Source: Spirochaetia bacterium
GTDB lineage: Bacteria; Spirochaetota; Spirochaetia; SZUA-6; Bin103
DNA: 64,000 nt
Reading direction: 5' to 3'
NCBI GenBank assembly: GCA_965203515.1
Contig: OZ241907.1
Location: 2,464,001-2,528,000 of the forward strand
A model generated the notes under the pieces. It saw only the letters and a list, made by a program, of their open reading frames with translations, searched no databases and had not been told where the DNA came from. The first letter of the stretch is position 1; every line of letters begins with the position of its first letter. This document shows, piece after piece, positions 8,842 to 18,510 of this stretch. A program made the position numbers and the translations under genes.

Positions 8842-10301
8842 GAGAGAGTCAGATCGTCGAGTGGAAGGAATCATGGCGGGATGAGTACCTGAAGTGGGTG
8901 TGCGGGTTCGCCAACGCTCAGGGCGGCGTGCTGGAGATCGGCAGGAACGATCGGGGCGAGGTGATCGGGGTGGAGAACGTGCTCCGGCTGCTCGAAGAGA
9001 TACCCAACAAGGCGCTGGCGTCGCTCGGCATCGTGGTCGACGTGAACCTGAAGACCGAGTCCGGGCGGGAGTACGTGCAGATCGCCGTCGAACCTCATCC
9101 CAACCCGATCAGTTACAAGGGCGAGTTCCACTACCGAAGCGGCAGCACCAGGCAGGTGCTCCGCGGGACGGCGTTGAGCCGCTTTCTGTTGCAGAAGTAC
9201 GGACGCACGTGGGACGACGTACCGCTGCCCGGCGTCGGCGTCAGCGACCTGGACGGGCGCACGATGGACGAGTTCCGCCGCCGCGCCGCCGCCAGCGAGC
9301 GCTTGACCGGAGACATTCTCGACGAGTCCGACTCCGACGTGATCGAAAAGCTCCGCCTGCGGGAGGGAGAGTACCTGAAACGGGCCGCCGTGCTGCTCTT
9401 CCACCCGGAGCCGGGAATCCTGGTACGGGATGCGTATGTGAAGATCGGGTGCTTTCGCGGTGCCGAGCTGCTGTTTCAGGACGTGATCGAAGGTGATCTG
9501 TTTACGCAAGTCGACCGTACGATGGACCTGCTCTACTCCAAGTATTCGCGGGGGCTGGTCTCCTACGACGGCGTGTACCGCGTGGAGACATTTCCCGTGC
9601 CGCGCCAGGCGATGCGCGAGGCGGTGATCAATGCCGTGATCCATCGCGACTACGCCGATCCCGTGCCGATTCAGATTCGCGTGTACGACGACCGGATCAT
9701 ATTGTGGAATCCCGGACACCTGCCGGCTGACTGGACGGTCGAGCGCCTGACCGGTGAGCACGCATCGAGACCCTACAATCCGGGAATCGCCTACGCGTTC
9801 TTTCGGGCCGGGATGATCGAGGCGTGGGGCCGGGGCATCGGGCGCATCACCAGCGCGTGCGAGGCGGCCGGCAACCCGCAGCCGGAGTGGAAGATCGAGC
9901 CCGGCGGCGGCCTGTGGCTGGAGTTCCACTATTCCGCCGCCTACCAGGCCGCCGACGGGGTCGTCAGGGAAGGGGTAAACGGAGGGCAGCCACAGTCACA
10001 GTCGGGGCTGCAGCCAGAGTGGCGGCCAGAGTCACCGCGAGAGTTGCAGCCAGAGTCGCTGGAGGCGAGACTGCTGGCCTTGTTGGCTGGGGGGGCGATG
10101 GCAAAGGCCGCGCTGTCGCAGAGTCTGGGACAGAAGACGGTGTCCGGTCAACTCAATAAGGTGGTCCGGCGACTCGTGGCTGATCGGATGATCGAATACA
10201 CCCTGCCCGACCGGCCGCGCAGCCGACTCCAGAAGTACCGGCTGACCGACCAGGGGAGAGCCGCGGTCGCGGCCTCGACGCGAGGGAGCGCGACGTCGTG
10301 A
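8838..10301 (+). CDS. Schlafen/AlbA_2 + HATPase_c_4 + C-terminal winged-HTH protein inside the RM operon
   Basis: VEWKES...FANAQGGVLEIG (AlbA_2), REAVINAVIHRDY/WNPG/IEAWGRG (HATPase_c_4), PDRPRSRLQKYRLT (wHTH). GTGA overlaps at both ends. Confidence 0.85.
   Translation: MRESQIVEWKESWRDEYLKWVCGFANAQGGVLEIGRNDRGEVIGVENVLRLLEEIPNKALASLGIVVDVNLKTESGREYVQIAVEPHPNPISYKGEFHYRSGSTRQVLRGTALSRFLLQKYGRTWDDVPLPGVGVSDLDGRTMDEFRRRAAASERLTGDILDESDSDVIEKLRLREGEYLKRAAVLLFHPEPGILVRDAYVKIGCFRGAELLFQDVIEGDLFTQVDRTMDLLYSKYSRGLVSYDGVYRVETFPVPRQAMREAVINAVIHRDYADPVPIQIRVYDDRIILWNPGHLPADWTVERLTGEHASRPYNPGIAYAFFRAGMIEAWGRGIGRITSACEAAGNPQPEWKIEPGGGLWLEFHYSAAYQAADGVVREGVNGGQPQSQSGLQPEWRPESPRELQPESLEARLLALLAGGAMAKAALSQSLGQKTVSGQLNKVVRRLVADRMIEYTLPDRPRSRLQKYRLTDQGRAAVAASTRGSATS
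9987..10058 (+). repeat. Degenerate 12-bp tandem repeat (about 6 units, consensus CAGCCAGAGT-NN) encoding QPE-type tetrapeptides
   Basis: Units start at 9987, 9999, 10011, 10023, 10035 and 10047. Confidence 0.75.
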
Positions 10302-13300
10302 GCACGGTCGGCGAAAGGGAACTCCGCACGCAATTGCGCGTGGTCGAGTTCTTCCGGGACGCGCTTGGCTATGCCGGTCTCGGCCACTGGAAGAACCGCC
10401 CCGACAACCGCAACGTCGAACGGGCGCTTCTCGCCGACTGGCTGGAGCGTCAAGGTCACGAACGCCGAATCATCGACCGGGCGCTGGACGCTCTGGACAA
10501 CGCGGCCGCGGTCGGCGGCAGCAGGACGCTCTACGACGCCAACCAGGATGTCTACGGCCTGCTTCGCTACGGGGTGAAGGTGCGCCCGGAGCTCGGGCAG
10601 AATGCCGTTACCGTCTGGCTGATCGACTGGAACGATCCCGGCGCCAATGACTTCGGCATCGCCGAAGAGGTGACGGTCACCGGAGAGAACCCCAAGCGGC
10701 CGGACCTGGTACTCTACGTCAACGGAATCGCCCTGGGAGTGCTGGAGCTGAAGCGCTCCACGCGGTCGGTGACCGAAGGCATCCGCCAGAATCTCGACAG
10801 CCAGAAGCGGGAGTTCATCCGACCGTTCTTCGCCACCGTTCAGTTGGTGATGGCCGGCAACGACACCGAGGGCCTGCGTTACGGAGTGATCGAGACGGCC
10901 GAAAAGTACTGGCTGCGCTGGAAGGAAGCCGCCGCCCATCCGGCGGCCGGTGACAATCCGCTGCTGCGGGAACTGGGGCAGCTCTGCGCCAAGGAGCGGC
11001 TGCTCGAGATCGTGCACGACTTCATGGTGTTCGACGCGGGCGTCAAGAAAACCTGCCGGCACAACCAGTACTTCGGGGTGCGCGCGGCGCAGGAGCACGT
11101 CGGGCGCCGCGCCGGGGGCATCATCTGGCACACCCAGGGCAGCGGCAAGAGCCTGACCATGGTGTGGCTGGCGAAGTGGATTCGAGAACGGGGCGACGGC
11201 TCGCGAGTGCTGATCGTCACCGACCGCACCGAGCTCGACGAGCAGATCGAAGCGGTGTTCAAGGGCGTGAGCGAGGAGATCTACCGCACCACGAGCGGCG
11301 CCGATCTCGTGCGCGTGCTCGGCGGCGGCGCGGAATGGCTGATCGCCTCCCTGATCCAGAAGTTCGGCGCGTCGGAGGAGGGTGACGTCGACGCCTTCGT
11401 CGACGGCCTGCGCGCCCACGTCCCCGCGGGCTTCCGCGCCAACGGCGAGTTCTTCGTCTTCGTGGACGAGTGTCACCGCACCCAGTCCGGCAAGCTCCAT
11501 GATGCCCTGACGGAGCTGCTGCCGCAGGCCACGCTGATCGGATTCACCGGGACGCCGCTGCTCAAGGCCGACAAGCGGCGCAGCATCGAGACCTTCGGGC
11601 CGTACATCCACACCTACAAGTACGACGAGGCGGTCGGGGACGGCGTGGTGCTGGACCTGCGCTACGAGGCGCGCGACGTCGACCAGAACGTCACCTCCCA
11701 GGCCAGGATCGATCAGTGGTTCGATATCAAGACGCACGGCCTGACCGACTTGGCCAAGGCGCAGCTCAAGCAACGCTGGGGCACGATGCGCAGCGTTCTG
11801 AGTTCGCGCGACCGGTTGCGAAAGATCGTCGCCGACATCGTGCTCGACATGGAGATACGCGACCGGCTCAAGAGCGGCCGCGGCAACGCCTTGCTGGTCT
11901 CCGACAGCATCTACTCGGCGTGCCGTTTCTTCGAGATGTTCCAGCAGACCGATCTGGCCGGCAGGTGCGCCATCGTCACCTCCTATCGGCCGCATCCGGC
12001 GGATATCAAGGGAGAGGAGACCGGCGAGGGGCTTACCGAGAAACTACTTCAGTACGGCATCTATCGAACCATGCTTGCCGAGCATTTCGACGAGCCGGAA
12101 GAGACCGCGATGCACAAGGTCGAACGGTTCGAGCAGGAGGTGAAGCGGCGCTTCGTCGCCCAGCCGGGGCAGATGAAGTTGCTGATCGTGGTGGACAAGC
12201 TGCTGACCGGGTTCGACGCGCCGCCGGCTACCTGTCTCTACATCGACAAGTCGATGCAGGACCATGGTCTGTTCCAGGCGATCTGCCGCGTGAACCGCCT
12301 TGACGGCGAAGACAAGGAATACGGCTACGTCATCGACTACAAGGACCTGTTCCGGTCGCTGGAGCGGTCGATCGAGGATTACACCGGCGAAGCATTCGAA
12401 GGCTACGATGCCGCCGACGTCAAGGGCTTGCTCAAGGATCGGTTGGGACAGGGCCGAGAGCGGCTGGAAGAGGCGCGCGAGGCGGTCAAGGCGCTGTGCG
12501 AGCCGGTGGAGCCGCCGCGCGATACGGCGGCCTATCTGCGCTTCTTCTGCGCAGCGGAGAGCGGCAACGCCGAGCAACTCAAGGAGAACGAACGAGAGCG
12601 CCTGTCTCTCTACAAGCTGACCGCTGCGCTGCTGCGCGCGTACGCCAACCTGGCCAACGAGATGAGCGAGGCCGGCTACTCCGCTGCCGAAGCGCAGGAG
12701 ATCAAGGCCGAGGTGCAGCACCATGAGACCGTGCGCCAGGAGGTGAAGCTGGCCAGCGGCGACTACGTCGACATGAAGATGTACGAGCCGGCCATGCGGC
12801 ACCTGCTGGACACGTACCTCCGCGCCGAGGAGAGTGAGCGGATTTCGGCCTTCGATGATCTGACTGTCGTGCAGATGATCGTCGAGCGCGGCGCGGCGGC
12901 GGTCGATGACATGCCGGACGGAATCCGCAAGGACCGCGAAGCGACGGCCGAGACGATCGAGAACAACGTCCGCCGGCTGATCATCGACGAGAGCGCGGTG
13001 AATCCGAAGTACTACGAGAGGATGTCTGAGCTCTTGGACGCGCTGATCCGGCAGCGCAAGCAGGAGGCGCTGCACTACCGGGAGTACCTGGACCGGATCG
13101 TCGAGCTGACCAGAGACGCCAGCAATCCGGCATCCCGTTCGTCATATCCGGCACGCATCGACAGCGGACCGTTGCGGGCGTTGTATGACAACCTGAAGGA
13201 CCAGGACGACCTCAGCGAACGAGAGGCGACGTACGACGCCGGTACACCGCCGGTCGATACCCGGGAGCAGCGCGCACTGGCGCTGGACCGCGCCATCCGC

Positions 13301-13438
13301 GACGTGAAGAAGGCGGACTGGCGCGGGAACCGGTTCAAGGAACGCGAAGTGCGGAACGCCATCCGCGAGGTTCTTCGTGAGGACGAGGAATCGGTCATGA
13401 AGATCTTCGAGGTTGCGAAGGCGCAGCGTGACTACTGA
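10298..13438 (+). CDS. hsdR: Type I RM restriction subunit R
   Basis: PD-(D/E)xK motif PDLVLYVNG...LELK, Walker A HTQGSGKS, DECH, FTGTP, LLTGFDAP, QAICRVNR. Confidence 0.95.
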   Translation: MSTVGERELRTQLRVVEFFRDALGYAGLGHWKNRPDNRNVERALLADWLERQGHERRIIDRALDALDNAAAVGGSRTLYDANQDVYGLLRYGVKVRPELGQNAVTVWLIDWNDPGANDFGIAEEVTVTGENPKRPDLVLYVNGIALGVLELKRSTRSVTEGIRQNLDSQKREFIRPFFATVQLVMAGNDTEGLRYGVIETAEKYWLRWKEAAAHPAAGDNPLLRELGQLCAKERLLEIVHDFMVFDAGVKKTCRHNQYFGVRAAQEHVGRRAGGIIWHTQGSGKSLTMVWLAKWIRERGDGSRVLIVTDRTELDEQIEAVFKGVSEEIYRTTSGADLVRVLGGGAEWLIASLIQKFGASEEGDVDAFVDGLRAHVPAGFRANGEFFVFVDECHRTQSGKLHDALTELLPQATLIGFTGTPLLKADKRRSIETFGPYIHTYKYDEAVGDGVVLDLRYEARDVDQNVTSQARIDQWFDIKTHGLTDLAKAQLKQRWGTMRSVLSSRDRLRKIVADIVLDMEIRDRLKSGRGNALLVSDSIYSACRFFEMFQQTDLAGRCAIVTSYRPHPADIKGEETGEGLTEKLLQYGIYRTMLAEHFDEPEETAMHKVERFEQEVKRRFVAQPGQMKLLIVVDKLLTGFDAPPATCLYIDKSMQDHGLFQAICRVNRLDGEDKEYGYVIDYKDLFRSLERSIEDYTGEAFEGYDAADVKGLLKDRLGQGRERLEEAREAVKALCEPVEPPRDTAAYLRFFCAAESGNAEQLKENERERLSLYKLTAALLRAYANLANEMSEAGYSAAEAQEIKAEVQHHETVRQEVKLASGDYVDMKMYEPAMRHLLDTYLRAEESERISAFDDLTVVQMIVERGAAAVDDMPDGIRKDREATAETIENNVRRLIIDESAVNPKYYERMSELLDALIRQRKQEALHYREYLDRIVELTRDASNPASRSSYPARIDSGPLRALYDNLKDQDDLSEREATYDAGTPPVDTREQRALALDRAIRDVKKADWRGNRFKEREVRNAIREVLREDEESVMKIFEVAKAQRDY

Positions 13439-14162
13439 ACGGACGGCCCACCGTATCGAGGTACGCGGCATTGCCGTGGACGTGGTCCGCAAGGAGATCA
13501 AGAACCTTCACGTCGGCGTCTACCCGCCGTGCGGCCGCGTGCGGGTCGCGGCGCCGCTGCACCTCGACGACGCCGCTCTACGGCTTGCCATTATTTCCCG
13601 CTTGGCGTGGATTCACCGGCAGCAGGCTGAATTCGACCGGCAGGAGCGTCAATCTCAGCGCGAGTGCGTGAGTGGCGAGAGTCATTACTATGCCGGCCGG
13701 CGTTACCGGCTCGACGTCGTGGAGCATGCCGGTCGGCCGGCCGTTCGCCTGCCAAACAACTCGACGATGAGATTGTTCGTTGCCCCGGACGCCGATCGCG
13801 ACGCCCGCGAAGCCGTCCTGCAGCGCTGGTACCGCGCCCGACTCCGCGGCCGGTTGCCGGCGTTGCGCGACCGCTGGGAACGGCAGATCGGCGTGACCGT
13901 GGCCGACCTGCGGATCAAGAGGATGAAGACGCTCTGGGGCTCCTGCAACTCCGACGCCAAGCGCATCTGGCTCAACCTGGAACTGGCCAAGAAGCCGCCG
14001 CCCTGTCTCGTCTACGTACTGGTGCACGAGATGATCCACCTGCTGGAGCGAAACCACACCGACCGCTTCCGCGAGCTGATGGACCGGCACCTGCCCCGGT
14101 GGCCGGCTTACCGCGACCAGCTCAACGGCCTGCCCCTCGCGCACGACGACTGGCGTTACTAA
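13428..14162 (+). CDS. YgjP/DUF45 (M48-like) zinc metallopeptidase, commonly associated with type I RM
   Basis: MKTLWGSC and HExxH motif YVLVHEMIHL..NH..RF; GTG at 13428 overlaps the end of hsdR. Confidence 0.88.
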   Translation: MTTERTAHRIEVRGIAVDVVRKEIKNLHVGVYPPCGRVRVAAPLHLDDAALRLAIISRLAWIHRQQAEFDRQERQSQRECVSGESHYYAGRRYRLDVVEHAGRPAVRLPNNSTMRLFVAPDADRDAREAVLQRWYRARLRGRLPALRDRWERQIGVTVADLRIKRMKTLWGSCNSDAKRIWLNLELAKKPPPCLVYVLVHEMIHLLERNHTDRFRELMDRHLPRWPAYRDQLNGLPLAHDDWRY

Positions 14163-14163
14163 G

Positions 14164-15396
14164 ATGGAGAAGACGCAGGAAAACACTCAATCCGGCTTTC
14201 CAGTCCGGGAAGCTCCGTTGCGAGACGGCAGCACGTTGGCGATCGAGGTTGCCGAACCGCCGTTCAGCCGCTCATGCGACTGGGAGCGGCTCTGCTGGTG
14301 GCCGCTGATCCGCGAGGAGGTGATGCGGGGGAATCTCAATCGCTGGATGCTCGCCCCGCACTTCGTCGGCCGCATCGACGGCCAGATCGCCGGCACGATG
14401 TGCTATTACGCGCCGCGCGACACCCGCGACGTGGGCACGCTGCAGTTCGTCTCCACCGAGGAGCGATTCCGTCGTCGGGGCGTCGCTTCGGCGCTCGTGG
14501 GAGCGCTCATTCGCCACTTCACCGCGCAAGGAGGCCGGGCACTGTACCTGTGCACCACCAACCCGGTCGCCGGCCATCTGTACGAGAGCCATGGCTTTCG
14601 CTACCACGTCGGCGACGGCATGCGTTACCTGGCCCCCGACGCCGACGACTTCGACCGTCGCTGGTTCGCCGCCGGCCGCACGGCCATACGCGACGCGCAC
14701 TGGGGCGATCTGGCCCGGCTCTGCGTGCTCTACAACCATCCCGATCCGCCGTGGCTGATCAAGGACTCGCTATCGGCATCGCTCCGCGACACGCGGTACG
14801 AAAGCCACTTCGTCCGGGTATTTCGCGCGACCGAGGACGGCAATGGCGCGTTCCTGGTGCTGGAGGCGCCGGGCGCGCGCGTGGTCGGCGCAGTCGCCTT
14901 CCGGCGGTTCGACACCTTCTGCGATCAGCACGTGGCGGAGCTGAGCTTTCGCATCGGCCGGCCGCACTTCGACCGCGCCGCCGAACTGCTGAACGCCGCG
15001 GCCGAACGCGCGTCCGCGCTCGGTATCGAGCAGTTGGCGCTGACGGTCGCCGCCCAGGACGGCGAGCAGCGCCGCCTGGCGGAGTCGGCCGGCTTCGTCG
15101 AGGGTGCGCGATGGCCGCGGCGGCTGCGCTCCGGCGGCGGATGCACCGATCTCCTGATCATGCTGCGCGAGCTGACGCCGACGGCTCCCGGCAAGCCTCG
15201 GGAGTCGTTCTACGGCGAGCGCCAGCCGTGGCAGGCGGAACGTGTCGCCGGCCGAGGCGCCGCGTCAGCCGTATCGGTGCGCGGCGATGAACTCCCAGTC
15301 GAGGGTGACGCCCAACCCGGGGCCGGCCGGCACCGCCACCGTGCCGTCGGCGTCGATGAGGATGCGCTCCCGGGTGGTCCGCCAGCGCAACGGTGA
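14164..15396 (+). CDS. Tandem GNAT-family acetyltransferase
   Basis: Acetyl-CoA motif VSTEERFRRRGVAS and N..A.HLYESHGF, followed by a second degenerate GNAT fold. The 3' end overlaps the convergent gene by 132 bp. Confidence 0.7.
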   Translation: MEKTQENTQSGFPVREAPLRDGSTLAIEVAEPPFSRSCDWERLCWWPLIREEVMRGNLNRWMLAPHFVGRIDGQIAGTMCYYAPRDTRDVGTLQFVSTEERFRRRGVASALVGALIRHFTAQGGRALYLCTTNPVAGHLYESHGFRYHVGDGMRYLAPDADDFDRRWFAAGRTAIRDAHWGDLARLCVLYNHPDPPWLIKDSLSASLRDTRYESHFVRVFRATEDGNGAFLVLEAPGARVVGAVAFRRFDTFCDQHVAELSFRIGRPHFDRAAELLNAAAERASALGIEQLALTVAAQDGEQRRLAESAGFVEGARWPRRLRSGGGCTDLLIMLRELTPTAPGKPRESFYGERQPWQAERVAGRGAASAVSVRGDELPVEGDAQPGAGRHRHRAVGVDEDALPGGPPAQR

Positions 15397-16395
15397 GGAA
15401 CTGGTCGAGTATTCCAGCACCTCGGCGTCGCGGTGGTTGGCCAGGAAGTGCAGGTTGGCGGCGATCTCGATATTGGTCTTGTACCCGTGCGGAATCACCC
15501 GCCGACCGCGTTCGGCCGCCGCGTCGGCGATGCGCCGGATGTGGGTGAAGCCTCCCACCTGGGTGATGTCGGGCTGACAGATGTCGGCCGCGCCGCGCTC
15601 CATCGCCTCGATGAACTCGTCCACGTGGGTGAGGCCCAGGTCGCCCACGCCGAGCGGCACGCCGCGGCCGGCCATGCGCGCGTGGCCAGCCACGTCGTCC
15701 AGCGGCAGCGGCGCCTCCAGGAACCAGACGCCGACCTGTTGCAGGATCGGAAGCAGGCGCAGCCCCTCCTCCGCGGTCCGGTAGGCCATCTGCGCGTCGA
15801 CGATCAGCTTGGCCGCCGCGCCGGCCTCCACGCGGCCCGCCTGCAGCAGGCGAGCCGTGGCGTCCGTATCGTCCATCCACCACGGATCGGCCGAGAACTT
15901 GAAGTTGCGCAGGCCCAGGCCGCGCGCCGCGGCGACCTGCGCGCGCACCTCCTCGACCTCGCGGGCCATAGGGTAGATCGTCCCGTACGCCTCGACCCGC
16001 TCGCGGCGGCGCCCGCCGAGCAGCGTCGAGATCGGCCGGCCGGCCGCCTGCCCGGCGATGTCCCAGAGCGCGAGGTCGATGCCGCCGATGGCGTGCATCA
16101 TCAGGCCGCGGCGGCCCACGTAGTCGGTGGCGTCGTACATGAGCTGCCAGAGCCGCTCGGGATCGGTCGGATCCCGGCCGATCAGCAGCTCGCGCAGCCC
16201 GCGCGCGTGGTTGTGGGCGGCGCGCGAACGCACGATGCCCTGGATGGCCGCCGGCAGCGATTCCACCTCGCCGATGCCGGTCAGCCCCTCGTCGGTGCGC
16301 ACGACGATCACGCAGTCGTCATAGGAGCCGTCGAACAGGCCGATGTTGGGGTCCTCGATACGGACGTGCAGCGCATCGACGTCGGTGATCTTCAT
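15265..16395 (-). CDS. Mandelate racemase/muconate lactonizing (enolase superfamily) enzyme
   Basis: MKITDV...TDEGLTGIGE, AIGGIDLALWDIAG, metal ligands in VDAQ/LEAP/GD, QPD, IPHG. Start overlaps the upstream stop (ATGA). Confidence 0.9.
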   Translation of the reverse strand: MKITDVDALHVRIEDPNIGLFDGSYDDCVIVVRTDEGLTGIGEVESLPAAIQGIVRSRAAHNHARGLRELLIGRDPTDPERLWQLMYDATDYVGRRGLMMHAIGGIDLALWDIAGQAAGRPISTLLGGRRRERVEAYGTIYPMAREVEEVRAQVAAARGLGLRNFKFSADPWWMDDTDATARLLQAGRVEAGAAAKLIVDAQMAYRTAEEGLRLLPILQQVGVWFLEAPLPLDDVAGHARMAGRGVPLGVGDLGLTHVDEFIEAMERGAADICQPDITQVGGFTHIRRIADAAAERGRRVIPHGYKTNIEIAANLHFLANHRDAEVLEYSTSSSPLRWRTTRERILIDADGTVAVPAGPGLGVTLDWEFIAAHRYG

Positions 16396-17666
16396 ACATC
16401 GAGCCTGGCAGCGAGGCTGGCAGCGAAGATCGTGAGCTTGGTCGAGTCGCCGATCTGCTCCAGGCGGGGGCGGCGGCCGGACAACCGTTCGCTGTCGCGG
16501 ACCAGTTTCAGAAAGCCCTCCCCTCGCGCTTCCATGTAGCTGGCGCCGGTGAGCGGGCTCTTGTAATCGCGCATGAAGCCGGCCAGGAACTGGTTGCGGC
16601 GGGCCGGCTGGCACCCCGCGTACAGGTTTTCGACGGTGAGCGTGTTGTACAGGGCGCCGGGGTTCCGCCACTCGATGCGGTCCGGGAACAGGCGGATGAT
16701 GATCTGCGATCCACGCTCCTCGTAATCGCGGTGGACTACCGCGTTGACGACCGCCTCCTGCAGCGCCGTATGAACGTAGCTCGGATAGTCGCGGCGGCCG
16801 TCCTCGTCCTTCCTGGACACGGTGGGGATCAACGGCGAAGCGCCGAAGTAGGTGATGACCTGCGCGATCTGCTCCGGCAGCGGCCCGGTGAATCGCCTGC
16901 TGTCGACCGTGTTGCCGTCGGCCGTGACGTGGTGGTATGCGGCCACGTCGACGTACGCTCCGGGCAGATACCGCTCCGGCCGCTCCGCGAACAGGAGGAT
17001 TCCCAGGTGCGTGGGAACGACGCCTGCATCGGTGGCCGCGGCCAGTTTGTGGGCCACCAGCGTATCCGACCAGTCGTCCGGCGGCGACCAGCCCGGAAAC
17101 CGGTCGCGGAAATACTTCGCCAGCCGCAGATCGTGGAGATCGGCGAGCGTGCTGCCGAACACCGGCCGCTCCTCGATCGGGCTGGCCAATCGGCGGACGC
17201 TCAACATGCGCGCAAGCCGTTCGGCGGGCATCAGCCGCCGGTGGCTGCCGATGCGGTGCAGAAATCGGCCGTCGCTGGTCTGGTGCACGTCGAACGACGG
17301 AGGGACTTCGACTATCAGACACAGGACCGGCACTCGGTCGGCCCCCGGCAGATACTCCCAGTTCAACGTCGGGACGATCATGGGCACGCAGTTGACGGTC
17401 GCCGCGTTGATCACGAATTGCTCCAGGAGATCGCGCCGGTCGGGATCGATCCCGACCGGCGTTCGGTCGGTGTCGCGTATCCCCATCACCACGGTCCCGC
17501 CCCTGGTGTTCGCCATACTCACGAACACCTCGGCGAGCCGCGGACCCGCGCGGGACTCATCCCGGGCGAACGCGACCCGGTTGCCTCGGAACACCACCTC
17601 CTTCAGCTCGAGCTCGGTATCCTCACCGGCCTGAATCGAGGCGATGAGAGCGTTCGTGTCCAGCAC
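16392..17666 (-). CDS. AlbA_2 + HATPase_c_4 protein
   Basis: GEDTELELKE, MANTRGGTVVMGI, ALQEAVVNAVVHRDY, RNPG, MEARGEG. Confidence 0.85.
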   Translation of the reverse strand: MLDTNALIASIQAGEDTELELKEVVFRGNRVAFARDESRAGPRLAEVFVSMANTRGGTVVMGIRDTDRTPVGIDPDRRDLLEQFVINAATVNCVPMIVPTLNWEYLPGADRVPVLCLIVEVPPSFDVHQTSDGRFLHRIGSHRRLMPAERLARMLSVRRLASPIEERPVFGSTLADLHDLRLAKYFRDRFPGWSPPDDWSDTLVAHKLAAATDAGVVPTHLGILLFAERPERYLPGAYVDVAAYHHVTADGNTVDSRRFTGPLPEQIAQVITYFGASPLIPTVSRKDEDGRRDYPSYVHTALQEAVVNAVVHRDYEERGSQIIIRLFPDRIEWRNPGALYNTLTVENLYAGCQPARRNQFLAGFMRDYKSPLTGASYMEARGEGFLKLVRDSERLSGRRPRLEQIGDSTKLTIFAASLAARLDV

Positions 17667-17669
17667 GAT

Positions 17670-18482
17670 TCACGCCCCCGGGTGCGTTTCCTGCTCGGCT
17701 CTCCATTGCTCGTACTCGCGCTGTCCCTCCTCGCTCAGCGGGTAGTACGTGCCGATCGAGCCGCCCTCGGCGAGTCGGAGGCGGCTGAACTCCTCCCATT
17801 CCTCGTGGGCGGTGGTGCCTACGGCCAGATCGCTCGCCATCTTGCGCGGGACGATCACGGCGCCATCGTCGTCGGCGATGACGATGTCGCCGGGCATGGC
17901 CAGCACGCGGCTCAGCGCGACCGGCACGTTGTAGGCCCACGGGAACAGCGACGCCTGCGAGGCGTAGTGCGGGGTGACGCCGACCGTCCAGAGCGGCAGC
18001 CCGATGGTGCGCACCTTGGGCCAGTCGCGGATGCAGCCGTCGACCACCAGGCCGACGCCGCCCCGGCCCTTGAGGTAGGTGATCAGCATCTCGCCCAGGC
18101 AGCCGGTGTAGCGGTCTCCGTACGCCTGCACCACCAGCACGTCGCCGGCGCGTATCTCGTCGAGCACGCGCCACAGCGCGCTCACCTTCTCCGCCTGCTC
18201 CTGGCCGATGCCGGAGGCGATGTCCTCACGCTGCGGCATGAACTGCAAGGTGACCGCGGTGCCGATGATCTTGGCGCCGGGCAGCCGCGCCACCGGCCCC
18301 TGGACGAAGCTCTGCCGTACCCCCATGCCGTGCAGCCCGGCCGCCGCGGTCGCGGCGCTGACGCGGCTGAGTCGTTCGATCAGCTCGGGTTCGGCGCGGG
18401 GAAAGTCGGGTCCATGAATCGGCAGCGTCAGGCCGGCCGGCATGTGCTGCGGGCCGACGCGGCGTTCTTCGTGATCGGTCAC
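17670..18482 (-). CDS. RraA/HMG-CHA aldolase family protein
   Basis: GTAVTLQF, GEMLITYL, VVDGCIRD, PGDIVIADDDGAV; GTG at 18482 preceded by AAGGAG. Confidence 0.85.
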   Translation of the reverse strand: MTDHEERRVGPQHMPAGLTLPIHGPDFPRAEPELIERLSRVSAATAAAGLHGMGVRQSFVQGPVARLPGAKIIGTAVTLQFMPQREDIASGIGQEQAEKVSALWRVLDEIRAGDVLVVQAYGDRYTGCLGEMLITYLKGRGGVGLVVDGCIRDWPKVRTIGLPLWTVGVTPHYASQASLFPWAYNVPVALSRVLAMPGDIVIADDDGAVIVPRKMASDLAVGTTAHEEWEEFSRLRLAEGGSIGTYYPLSEEGQREYEQWRAEQETHPGA

Positions 18483-18510
18483 GGGGGGCTCCTTGCGGGT
18501 GACGGCGCGG

